Shown: positions 9,229 through 17,481 of the stretch, piece by piece
How positions within the stretch are numbered: position 1 is the first letter of the stretch
Layout of the letters: every line of letters begins with the position of its first letter
Virus record (IMG/VR): IMGVR_UViG_3300006065_000002
Source: a virus
Strand: one strand, 5' to 3'
DNA length: 22,649 nucleotides
Translations under genes and position numbers: made by a program
The notes under the pieces: generated by a model
Seen by the model: the letters and a program-made list of their open reading frames with translations, nothing else
Told to the model about the DNA's origin: nothing
The model's database searches: none

Positions 9229-9740
9229 ATTATTTTTTTTAAAATTAATAATGTTTCGATTAAATTCCATAAATCATCATATTCATCATTAACGAAAAGT
9301 TGTTTTTTAACAAAATTCTGTTTTATATTTGTCGAACATTGAACTTTTTGTCTCTATCGAAAAGTTTATATTACTATAAAGGTCACATAGTTTAACAAAT
9401 ACCGCAAGTCTATTTTTCTTTAGACCATTGAAATATTTTCTATTATGTCTTTCTTTCCTTGTTTTTCCTTTTTCATCAGTACATGAATAAATGATGTCAG
9501 CAACTTTTACCCCAAACGATTTTGAGATGTCGTTATACGTTAATCTTCCATCAAATCATGTCCGGCAGCAGCAATTAAAACATCTTCATGTTCTGTTTCA
9601 TCAATCAAATACAAAAAAGATTCAGCTACAGATACAACATGTTTTAAATGATAAGAATACGGTAATTTTTTATTATATTTTTGATTACAAAAATAATCGT
9701 GATGATTATAAATTTGTTGTATTTTATTTTCCAATTTCAT
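9225..9740 (-). pseudogene. RelA/SpoT-type HD hydrolase (small alarmone hydrolase/Mesh1-like), frameshifted
   Basis: From ATG 9740: NQKYNKKLPYSYHLKHV...AAAGHDLMED. After a shift near 9540: TYNDISKSFGVKVADIIYSCTDEKGKTRKERH...LAVFVKLCDLYSN. A second shift occurs near 9310. Confidence 0.8.
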
Positions 9741-10016
9741 TTTTTTTAAATATAAATATTTTACTAACATTAACAAAACTAATTCAGCGTATATCATAGA
9801 AACATATGGGAAAACCCAATTAAAATTTGTACAAGTTACTTCAAGATATAAAATATTAAATTCATCCAATGTTTCTATTTTTTCTAAACGATTCTTATAT
9901 TCAAAAAGTTTAGGTAATAATTCTTTTGACCGTATATTAGTAATATACAAAATTATTACGAATATAAAAAAACTCAGAAAAAATGATAAACCAATTATAA
10001 TATATATTTCTTTCAT
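9737..10016 (-). CDS. Small membrane protein (appears fused to the HD gene in the track)
   Basis: N-terminal TM segment IYIIIGLSFFLSFFIFVIILYI. The fusion point is a poly-A run before ATGA, so the 3' end is uncertain. Confidence 0.45.
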
Positions 10017-10077
10017 TTTCTTTATTATTCATATTCTTTTTATTATAAAATTAACAAAAAGAACTTTCAGAACATAT

Positions 10078-10953
10078 CTAATCTACTTTAAAAAGATTAG
10101 TTTTTATTACTTCATCACTAAAAGAACTTTTATACATTAACCCATTACCCTCTAATGAGATAAAGCGACTCATAATTTCTGGTTCATATAAAGATACTTT
10201 TATATTATGTTTTCCTTCCAAAAGATATGGATAAAAATTAGCACCGAAAGCCAATTTTGACTGATCTTCAGGTAATTTAGTTAATAGATATTCCCAATCA
10301 ATTTCTTTATGGGGTGCCCTACCTTGATTACCATATGGTAATAGAACAAAATAATCCACTTTGTCTTTCCATTTATCATAAATGGTTTTAAAATCATCAA
10401 TTGATTCTTTATCTGAAATGATAATATGAAAATTCAATTTTATGTTATATTCGTGATAAATTTCTGATGCAATAGTCCAATATTTTTTCAAATGTGGATG
10501 ACAACTTACTGCAACACCACCACAATATTTTTGTGTTGCCATAACTAAACGCTCTATATATTCGACATTATAGTCTACCCACATTCCATTGGTTGTATAA
10601 TTTGGTTGAATTCCCAAATCGTAAAACGTTTTCAATACCTCAATAAAGTCAGGATGTGATGTTGGTTCACCCCCACCAATAGCCACCTGAAATGGTCTTT
10701 GATTTTTTGTCATTGGTTCGAAAAAATCTTTTATTTTTTTAATAACATTATCATAATGTTCATCCGTTTCCTTACTATCCATATAACACCAGGGACATTT
10801 ACCCTCACATTTACCTGTAAGTTTAACATCATAAAATTCAGGATATTCCAATTCAGTAATTGGTTTATTTATGTCTAACGCAACTCTTATCGTCTTTCCA
10901 TTAAACCAAATTGATCGGTAGTTAGATTCTTTAAATTCTCTTGTTTTAATCAT
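10078..10953 (-). CDS. Radical SAM enzyme (no SPASM cysteines)
   Basis: CEGKCPWC (CxxxCxxC), VAIGGGEPT, NYTTNG. Confidence 0.92.
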   Translation of the reverse strand: MIKTREFKESNYRSIWFNGKTIRVALDINKPITELEYPEFYDVKLTGKCEGKCPWCYMDSKETDEHYDNVIKKIKDFFEPMTKNQRPFQVAIGGGEPTSHPDFIEVLKTFYDLGIQPNYTTNGMWVDYNVEYIERLVMATQKYCGGVAVSCHPHLKKYWTIASEIYHEYNIKLNFHIIISDKESIDDFKTIYDKWKDKVDYFVLLPYGNQGRAPHKEIDWEYLLTKLPEDQSKLAFGANFYPYLLEGKHNIKVSLYEPEIMSRFISLEGNGLMYKSSFSDEVIKTNLFKVD

Positions 10954-10969
10954 ACTATTAATTTTTATA

Positions 10970-10995
10970 CAAAGATAATGATTTTTTTTTACAAA
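10970..10995 (-). promoter_or_regulatory. Bacteroidota-type promoter, -7 TATCTTTG (spacer to TTTG only 14 nt)
   Basis: caaagata at 10970-10977 within the shared CATTATCTTTGTA motif; upstream of ATG 10953. Confidence 0.7.
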
Positions 10996-11000
10996 TAAAA

Positions 11001-11611
11001 TTAATCAAAACCCCAAAAAATTCTTCCACTACTTGTGTTAACATCATCAATTAGATTTTCAACTCTTTCGTCATTAGGTGTTTCAACTTTCATGTTTTGA
11101 ATTGATACTAATAACTTTAACATTTCACCATTACACATTATAAAACCTTTTTTATAATAACGAAAAGCTCTACTTAATGTACTGGCGGGCATTGATATTT
11201 TATTTATCATTAGTTGTTTTTTAGATAAATCTATAAAAGAAGTTTCCCCATAATAAACTTTTTGTCTATCTATTGCAAACATTGATACTGTAAAATCAAA
11301 GTTATCAATTGTTTCTTGGGGTGTAGGAAAAAATCTTTTTACTAAATCATAAGTTTCGTTTTTATAAATTTAATTTAGTACCATTCTCACTATCCCAAAT
11401 AATTTGAGAATCCATTTCTATAAAGAACTTTTTTGTTTTTTTCATATTCTATTTCATTGGAAAAAAACAAATCAATGTCACTTTTACTAGTTGATCCACA
11501 AAAATAATTTCTGAGTGTACCTCCAGCAATCCAACATGTAATATCATTCTCAAATAATTTATTTAAAATTAATTCAGAATATCTCTGTACAGCATTTTCA
11601 AATTGTATCAT
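11001..11611 (-). pseudogene. Pol-beta-fold nucleotidyltransferase (CCA/poly(A) polymerase head-like), two +1 frameshifts
   Basis: MIQFEN...CWIAGGTLRNYF...SDIDLFF / KKFFIEMDSQIIWDSENGTKL / YKNETYDLVKRFF...IDNFDFTVSMFAID. GG, DxD and FDFT motifs present; length is 609+2 nt. Confidence 0.8.
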
Positions 11612-11613
11612 AA

Positions 11614-12141
11614 TTAACCTAAATGTATTCTTACCATTATACTTTCTAGTTTTTCTTGCATTTCCCAATTGGGATTTTTATCATGTGAAAATAAAAAAAA
11701 CATTTCTCGTTTTGGATCAAGTTTATTTTTTATTTCTTCAAAATTCTCGCTTGTCACAAAAGATCTATCCCATTTAGTATTTTTTTCTTTTTTGTTATTT
11801 TTTAATCTATATTGAACTGGAATTTTTTCACTATAAGTGTGTTCTTGTGGTTCATATAGTTCATCAAACGTAAATCCGGGTATTATAGGATAATCGTCTT
11901 TACGTGCCGGCCATATACCTGGCGAACAATAATATGAAAAGAAAACTTCTAAATCTTGTATTGATAATTCATCAATACTACAAAGATTTTTATATTCGTC
12001 TAAATAGTTTGGATAAAAATATGTTATAGCTTTTTCCAAATCTTCTTTATTAGAACCTGTACCAACGAATAATTCACTAGAACTATTAGTTATAACATCA
12101 ATAATCGAATGTGGTTTTAAATAAAATACTACTTTTTTCAT
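11614..12141 (-). CDS. 'HSIxDVITNSS' motif protein, paralog 2
   Basis: MKKVVFYLKPHSIIDVITNSSSELFV...; ATG 12141 lies just downstream of a promoter motif. Confidence 0.75.
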   Translation of the reverse strand: MKKVVFYLKPHSIIDVITNSSSELFVGTGSNKEDLEKAITYFYPNYLDEYKNLCSIDELSIQDLEVFFSYYCSPGIWPARKDDYPIIPGFTFDELYEPQEHTYSEKIPVQYRLKNNKKEKNTKWDRSFVTSENFEEIKNKLDPKREMFFLFSHDKNPNWEMQEKLESIMVRIHLG

Positions 12142-12153
12142 AATTTTTTTATA

Positions 12154-12161
12154 CAAAGATA
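12154..12161 (-). promoter_or_regulatory. Bacteroidota-type -7 element TATCTTTG
   Basis: caaagata at 12154-12161, 12 nt upstream of ATG 12141. Confidence 0.65.
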
Positions 12162-12162
12162 T

Positions 12163-12203
12163 AAAAAAAAATCACAATATATTTTCATATTGTGATTTTT
12201 TTT
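12163..12203. terminator. Inverted repeat, probable intrinsic terminator
   Basis: AAAAAAAAATCACAATAT-attttc-ATATTGTGATTTTTTT between the two TNSS paralogs. Confidence 0.65.
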
Positions 12204-12219
12204 ATTTTTTTTTCTTTAT

Positions 12220-12692
12220 TTATCCATCTCTACCAACATCAGCATCAACACCATTCAGTAATTTAATTATATTTTCCCCAAAAACTTTATATTTTTGATC
12301 TTTAGGTATTAATATTAATGTAGTATCCGGATCCCATTCATCACCTTTTTCAGCTTCATCCATCCAATCAGGTTTATCTATTTCACCTTTGATAATAGAA
12401 GTAATTAAATCATTGATAAAGTCATGTTTTTCTTTAAATGACAAATTATCAAAACCTTCAGGTAGTTCAATTTCTTCATTATAACTTAGTGCTTCTAAAT
12501 AAGTATCTTTATCGCAGAAAACACCAAAATAAAATAAATCATCGGCTGATTTATCTTCTACACCAGATAGTTTGAGCATCTCATTAATAAGATTTTTTGC
12601 AGGTTCAACACACCCATTGTGATAGGTGTGTAAATAACTGTTGATGAATTCGTAATAACATCAACAATAGAGTGTAATTTAATTTTAAACAT
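12220..12692 (-). pseudogene. 'HSIxDVITNSS' motif protein, paralog 1, with a 2-nt insertion in an AC repeat
   Basis: ATG 12692 MFKIKLHSIVDVITNSSTVIYT, shift at TACACACC (~12626-12632), then YHNGCVEPAKNLINEMLKLSG... joining track ORF 12220..12579. Length is 471+2 nt. Confidence 0.75.
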
Positions 12693-12696
12693 ATAA

Positions 12697-13056
12697 TTAA
12701 TTATTTTTTAGATATTTATGAATTTTTTTTAATTCTTTATTGTATTTAGACCATATTGGTACTAAACCCATTTCATCAATATGATAATTTGTAAATAATG
12801 ATAAATTTGATGTTTTTGAAATGAATGGGTAATCTTTTATATAAAAGATATTTTTAGAATAACGGTTAATATTACAATCATTTTTAATATCTACATCTTT
12901 TAAAATAGTAGATAGTTTTTTATTACTAATAAAACGCCCATATATTATTATTGAACATATTAAAAAAACAATTTGTATGTATAAAACCCCTATCAATAAA
13001 GTAATAAAAATTGTGATCATATTATTAATTTTTAAACTTGTTTTCAATATTTTCAA
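12697..13056 (-). CDS. Hypothetical membrane protein
   Basis: ORF track; one long hydrophobic segment; the likely start is MITIFITLL. Confidence 0.55.
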   Translation of the reverse strand: MKILKTSLKINNMITIFITLLIGVLYIQIVFLICSIIIYGRFISNKKLSTILKDVDIKNDCNINRYSKNIFYIKDYPFISKTSNLSLFTNYHIDEMGLVPIWSKYNKELKKIHKYLKNN

Positions 13057-13231
13057 TACTCTTTTTATTTAGAAGAATTTTAAGTTTATTTTTCAAAATT
13101 TTTCCTCTGTTAGTAAAGGCAATAAATAATGCCACAAAACTAACTACTGTGTCCATAACTAAGATAAAAAAAATGATAATTGTTAAATATTTCATATTAA
13201 TTTTCTTTATAAATAACGACTGTAACATCAC
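13025..13231 (-). CDS. Small membrane protein
   Basis: ORF track; TM segment; the likely start is MKYLTIII. Confidence 0.45.
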   Translation of the reverse strand: MMLQSLFIKKINMKYLTIIIFFILVMDTVVSFVALFIAFTNRGKILKNKLKILLNKKSIENIENKFKN

Positions 13232-13668
13232 AATCGTTTAATTCGTTTTTAATTATTTGTTTAATTTGTTCCCAATCACCGCCAGCTAAACCAGCACCTA
13301 TTTTTGGTAAACCTATGTGTTTTCCTGAAAACACCCAATTAATTTTCCTTAAACATAGTGTTAATGCTTCATAATCCAAAGGTTTCATTTTAACACTAGG
13401 ATAAAATTGTGTATATGAATTTACAACAATAACACTTTTTTGTGGTGATATACCTATTTTTTTAATAATCTATCTGACCTAGTTTATTAATATCACCTTT
13501 GGTTTTTTCATTTTCCAATGGAAACGATGAACATTTGAAATTGTTTTTCATTGGTATAGCTATTCCTGCACCCATATTACAAAAACAATTACAACCATGA
13601 GTAATAACATCAAAATCCCCTTTTAAAGCCATTGATATTAAATCACCGTTTACTTCTTGATACTTCAT
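13197..13668 (-). pseudogene. Macrodomain (Appr-1''-p processing/ADP-ribose hydrolase-like) protein, +1 frameshift near 13463
   Basis: GDLI...ITHGCNCFCNMGAGIA / VIVVNSYTQF...LDYEALTLCL...IGLPKIGAGLAGGDWEQIKQII; length is 471+1 nt. Confidence 0.88.
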
Positions 13669-13685
13669 TTATACTAAATTTAGTA

Positions 13686-13717
13686 CAAATATACTAAAAT
13701 AAAATTAAAAAACCAAA
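13686..13717 (-). promoter_or_regulatory. Bacteroidota-type promoter TTTG-N20-TATATTTG
   Basis: caaatata at 13686-13693 and caaa at 13714-13717. The palindrome TACTAAATTTAGTA lies between the promoter and the macrodomain ATG. Confidence 0.75.
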
Positions 13718-13720
13718 TTT

Positions 13721-13918
13721 TCATTCATTATCTGAATATGATTGTGATTCTTTTATCATAAAAAGAGAAATTGATATTAAAATAAGAGGTAAATAAATTT
13801 TCCATTCATCATTTTCTAATATCCATAATGAACTTAATAACAATCCAGATAATATTAAAGTGAATAAAGAAAGTACTCGTTTCATAAATTTTTTGATTTT
13901 AAATATTTTTTCAACCAA
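13721..13918 (-). CDS. Small two-TM membrane protein
   Basis: ORF track; the likely start is MKRVLSLF. Confidence 0.45.
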   Translation of the reverse strand: MVEKIFKIKKFMKRVLSLFTLILSGLLLSSLWILENDEWKIYLPLILISISLFMIKESQSYSDNE

Positions 13919-14067
13919 TTTACACCATATTCGAAATTTCTTTCAATTTCTATTTGTTTAATATTTGAATTAACAAAATTGTATTTAAGTTCTTTTTGTG
14001 AATATTCGCTTGATGCGTCTTTAATTTCTGATTGTGTAGGATATTCTATTTTAAAATTTTTGTTCAT
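13882..14067 (-). CDS. Small hypothetical protein
   Basis: ORF track. Confidence 0.5.
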   Translation of the reverse strand: MNKNFKIEYPTQSEIKDASSEYSQKELKYNFVNSNIKQIEIERNFEYGVNWLKKYLKSKNL

Positions 14068-14128
14068 AGTTGATATTTTTATTTTATTAAAAATTTTATT
14101 TTTATTAAAAAATAAATATCAATGAACA
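14061..14128. repeat. Inverted repeat covering the start codon of 13882..14067
   Basis: TGTTCA..TTGATATTT (14061-14078) pairs with AAATATCAATGAACA (14114-14128). Confidence 0.5.
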
Positions 14129-14443
14129 TCATTTTGCATCTGAAAGTAATACCGCATTGTGTCTAAAATTTTTAAGTTCCATACCTAAAGTATCGTTTTT
14201 TTCATTTACAAATAAAACAAAATTTTCTTCTACATTGATTACTTTTCTAATGTTACATTTACATTTAGGTGAATTAAGTGATGTAACTTCAGAGCCTTTG
14301 TATTTCCAAATTTGACCTGATTTTACTTTAGGTGTGTTTAAACAACAAAACAACAGGGTATTAAGAATTAATGTTATACCTAAAAATACCCCGCAAATAA
14401 AAATAATAGTGTGTTTCCACTTAGAATGTGTGTATGTAGGCAT
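14129..14443 (-). CDS. Membrane-anchored hypothetical protein
   Basis: ORF track; N-terminal TM segment followed by VKSGQIWKY. Confidence 0.55.
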   Translation of the reverse strand: MPTYTHSKWKHTIIFICGVFLGITLILNTLLFCCLNTPKVKSGQIWKYKGSEVTSLNSPKCKCNIRKVINVEENFVLFVNEKNDTLGMELKNFRHNAVLLSDAK

Positions 14444-14446
14444 AAT

Positions 14447-14505
14447 TAAATCGTTTTATAATAAATATCATGTTACATAACATATTTTCATTATAAAACG
14501 ATTTA
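14447..14505. repeat. 59-nt near-perfect palindrome directly upstream of ATG 14443
   Basis: Perfect 16-bp arms TAAATCGTTTTATAAT (14447-14462) and ATTATAAAACGATTTA (14490-14505), with inner ATGTTA-ca-TAACAT. Confidence 0.75.
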
Positions 14506-14781
14506 TTATTTATTTATTTTTTCACATATACTGTTATTAATATTTAAATTAAAATTTTCTTCATCATAAGAAATGTAATTTAATTTTAAAACATTAACAC
14601 TATCCGTACTATATAAAATGAAATTTCCATCAAAATCAGTATATACAGTATCTTTTTCATTTAAAATTATTCTAACACCAGTTAATTCTTCACCGGTATT
14701 TCTATCAGTCACCTTTCCTTTTATTTCGTAATTATTACCTATTATGTAGGATAACAATAAAGATATTAATAAAATTTTCAT
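14506..14781 (-). CDS. Secreted stand-alone CarboxypepD_reg-like domain protein (resembles the SusC/TonB receptor N-terminal extension)
   Basis: Signal-like MKILLISLLLSY followed by IKGKVTDRNTGEELTGVRI...TDFDGNFIL...LKLNYISY. Confidence 0.75.
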   Translation of the reverse strand: MKILLISLLLSYIIGNNYEIKGKVTDRNTGEELTGVRIILNEKDTVYTDFDGNFILYSTDSVNVLKLNYISYDEENFNLNINNSICEKINK

Positions 14782-14859
14782 ATATAAAATTTATACAATA
14801 AATAGAATAAAACAAAAGAATGTTGATTAATAATGTATTATCATATTATCATATAATTG

Positions 14860-15168
14860 TTAATCTGATGAATCGTATTTCCAATAAATTTTACATATGT
14901 CACAAGATACTGTATTTTCAGTTCCTCTTCTGGAGTGTGATACGTGATCACATTTATGTTTATTTTTTCTAACACAATTATAATGTTCAGGATAATCACG
15001 TTCTGAATACCCAAAAGTTTTTTTTGGTTTTTCACCTAATGATATATTACCTGTTGTTTCATTTCCATCTTCATCATAATACACATGTTTCCAACCATTT
15101 TGCCAACCCAAAAACTTGTATCCGGCCTCTTTTAATTTACTATCTAATATTTTAGGATCTTCTTTCAT
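14860..15168 (-). CDS. Hypothetical protein, probable Zn-binding
   Basis: Cys/His-rich C-terminus with CDIC. Confidence 0.6.
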   Translation of the reverse strand: MKEDPKILDSKLKEAGYKFLGWQNGWKHVYYDEDGNETTGNISLGEKPKKTFGYSERDYPEHYNCVRKNKHKCDHVSHSRRGTENTVSCDICKIYWKYDSSD

Positions 15169-15439
15169 TATACCAAACTTTTGTTAATTTATCTCTATTA
15201 TGTCTTGACGTTTTTGTGTGAAAATATTCTTCTTTAATAACATTAAATAAAATATCCATAGCAACTTTTTTAGATTTACATACTTTTATAATATGTTTAT
15301 TACAAAAAAAATTTTCTTGAACTACCCATATTGGGAGGTCATTTCTATAAAAATAAAGAGTATTTTTAGGATCAACAATTTTATCCCATCTTATTATTGA
15401 AAATTTTTTTCTTGCTTTTTTTAAAAGTTTTGTTCTCAT
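15152..15439 (-). CDS. Hypothetical basic protein
   Basis: ORF track. Confidence 0.55.
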   Translation of the reverse strand: MRTKLLKKARKKFSIIRWDKIVDPKNTLYFYRNDLPIWVVQENFFCNKHIIKVCKSKKVAMDILFNVIKEEYFHTKTSRHNRDKLTKVWYNERRS

Positions 15440-15440
15440 A

Positions 15441-15797
15441 TTATTGTGAAATGTTTTTTAATTGTTCCCATGTTAAAACCTGACCTTTTGGTACGAACAT
15501 TTTAATATGTTCATTTCGGGTTTGATAAAGTAATTTTTGTTTTTCATCTTCCAAAACTAGATATACCATTTCAAAATCTTTATTATCTTCATTAAAATCT
15601 GAAACACTAGTTGAATAAAAAAAGTGAAATTCAAATTTATACTGATCATTAAAATATTTTTTATTGGCATCATACCAATCTTTTAAAAAATTACCAGAAT
15701 TGAAAATAAATTCGTTATTTGATGTATGTAAATAAACATAATTATAGATAATATTATTATCTTTTTCTTTACAATAATTGATACCTATAACTGCCAT
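15441..15797 (-). CDS. Hypothetical protein
   Basis: ORF track. Confidence 0.6.
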   Translation of the reverse strand: MAVIGINYCKEKDNNIIYNYVYLHTSNNEFIFNSGNFLKDWYDANKKYFNDQYKFEFHFFYSTSVSDFNEDNKDFEMVYLVLEDEKQKLLYQTRNEHIKMFVPKGQVLTWEQLKNISQ

Positions 15798-15798
15798 T

Positions 15799-16143
15799 TT
15801 ATTTTAATTTATTTTTGTTTTCAATTACAACATCACCTGATACCTATTTTATATTACCTATAACATTTTGACATCTAACATCCCCCGAAACAGTAGTAAT
15901 ACCATTTGTTACGTCACCATGTATAATTATGTCACCTGATGCTGTTTTAATATTAGATACGTTACCTTTAATTGTTATAGAATTTGAATACTCTAAATAT
16001 AAATTTTCAATATTACCTTCAATACTTACTATTATTGCTTTAGATGATGGAGTAGCATCTACACCATCAATTAAAACTTTACCATTAATAATTTGTATAT
16101 TTTTTCCGTAATAAGAACTTTTGTTTACTATTATTTCACTCAT
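15799..16143 (-). pseudogene. Beta-solenoid repeat protein (TxSGD repeats) with an in-frame TAG at 15844-15846
   Basis: Repeats IKTASGDI and ITTVSGDV are followed by IK*VSGDVVIENKNKLK*, so the repeat continues across the stop. Confidence 0.7.
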
Positions 16144-16195
16144 CAGTTTTAATTATCATTATAAATGTAATGTTTTTTTTTTATAAAAAAAAAGA

Positions 16196-16501
16196 TTATT
16201 CTTGATATTCTTTTAAAATTTTCATTTTTTCAGCTAAATACCATACACCACCCTGAAATTTTGATCTTTTAAAAATTGTAAAATTTTCTATTTCAACAAC
16301 ATACCATTTTCTATTTTTTAATGAAAGATGTGGTGCAATAGGTTCTGAAGTACAATGCCAATATGGTCTAAATTTATACCCCTTAGTTGGGTGTGGTTCA
16401 GCATCCATCCATTTACCAATAGGTAATTTCTTTCCTTTATTAATAAATAAAGGTGTTATTGAACCATCTTTAAGTAGTCTTAATAGTTTATATGCTATCA
16501 T
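16196..16501 (-). CDS. Conserved phage hypothetical protein
   Basis: ORF track; AYKL...PLFIN...RPYWHC...PHL...QGGVWYLA. Confidence 0.7.
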   Translation of the reverse strand: MIAYKLLRLLKDGSITPLFINKGKKLPIGKWMDAEPHPTKGYKFRPYWHCTSEPIAPHLSLKNRKWYVVEIENFTIFKRSKFQGGVWYLAEKMKILKEYQE

Positions 16502-16670
16502 CTATTTAATATATGATCTTCCCAAATTAATTGTTTGTTTTTCATTAAAAGATTTTTTTCGTCTAACCAATCTAAAAATTCAAGTTTAATTAAATCTTTT
16601 AATAACAAATCATTAATTTGTTTTTTCTGACTCTTGGTCATGTTCTTCTTCTCCCACATAATTATCCTCC

Positions 16671-16865
16671 CTATTTTTTTATTAACGAATCGTGAAAATT
16701 TATTGAAAACAAAAAGAAAAATACTAAAAACCATACTTTAGACCAATCAGACCATTGTAAAATGTTAAAATCTGCTGCAAAAATTAATATAACACCATAA
16801 GATAATCCGACACCAATTATCAATGCCAGGATTAATGAAAACAAGTTTTTTATTAAATTCAACAT
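16671..16865 (-). CDS. Small two-TM membrane protein
   Basis: ORF track; hydrophobic. Confidence 0.5.
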   Translation of the reverse strand: MLNLIKNLFSLILALIIGVGLSYGVILIFAADFNILQWSDWSKVWFLVFFFLFSINFHDSLIKK

Positions 16866-16881
16866 TATTATTTATTATTTT

Positions 16882-17480
16882 TTAAGGACAATATAATATT
16901 GTCATGTTATCTTTATGAACATCAATATTAGGATATTTTTCACTAAACACTTTCATGTTAAAAGATCTAGTAATTAAATGATATCCATTTTTAGTTGGAA
17001 CAAAAAAAGACATTGGTTCTTTTTTAGTTTTTACTTGTAAAATTTTTATTTCTTCTGATATTTCTTCTAATGAAATTGATTCCATAACATCATTATCTAA
17101 ATCTACAATCCACTTTTTGTCAGTTTCAGAATTAAATTCACCTGATAATTTATCAAATACTGTTCTAATAGATTTAAAATAAAATTTTTATTCTCAATAT
17201 ATTGAGCAATGCGTTTAATCATTAAAATACTTAATTTTTCAAAATTTCTTTTATTAACTCTAATGTAAGCACGTGCATTTTGATCATCACATAACTTTTT
17301 AATAGTTAAAAAAAGATTTTCATAATCTTCAAATGAAGTTATTGAGAAAGTTTTTATTAATTTGGCGTTTTTCCCTAAATCAGGGTTATCTTTACGTCTT
17401 TTTATAATTTCTATATGATAGAAATCATATTCATTATCAAAAGATAACAAATTTTTTAAAAGTTCAAAATTATTTACCAT
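16882..17480 (-). pseudogene. AEP/PrimPol-like protein, frameshifted by an apparent 5-nt tandem duplication near 17176-17186
   Basis: MVNNFELL...IKRRKDNP...NARAYIRVNKR...ENKNF [ATTTT] KSIRTVFD...KKWIVDLD (DxD)...PTKNGYHLIT (GxH); length is 594+5 nt. Confidence 0.6.
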
Positions 17481-17481
17481 T

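Noticed and set aside
9540-10016. Membrane protein-HD domain fusion
   Set aside because: The junction is a poly-A run before an ATGA; two genes joined by a slip is simpler than a real fusion.
14841-15035. 64-aa ORF
   Set aside because: It overlaps the better 14860..15168 gene in another frame on the same strand.
5140-16111. Plus-strand ORFs in the track (5140, 7401, 7968, 9491, 13038, 15929)
   Set aside because: All lie antisense to better-supported minus-strand genes and have no motifs or promoters; they are shadow ORFs.
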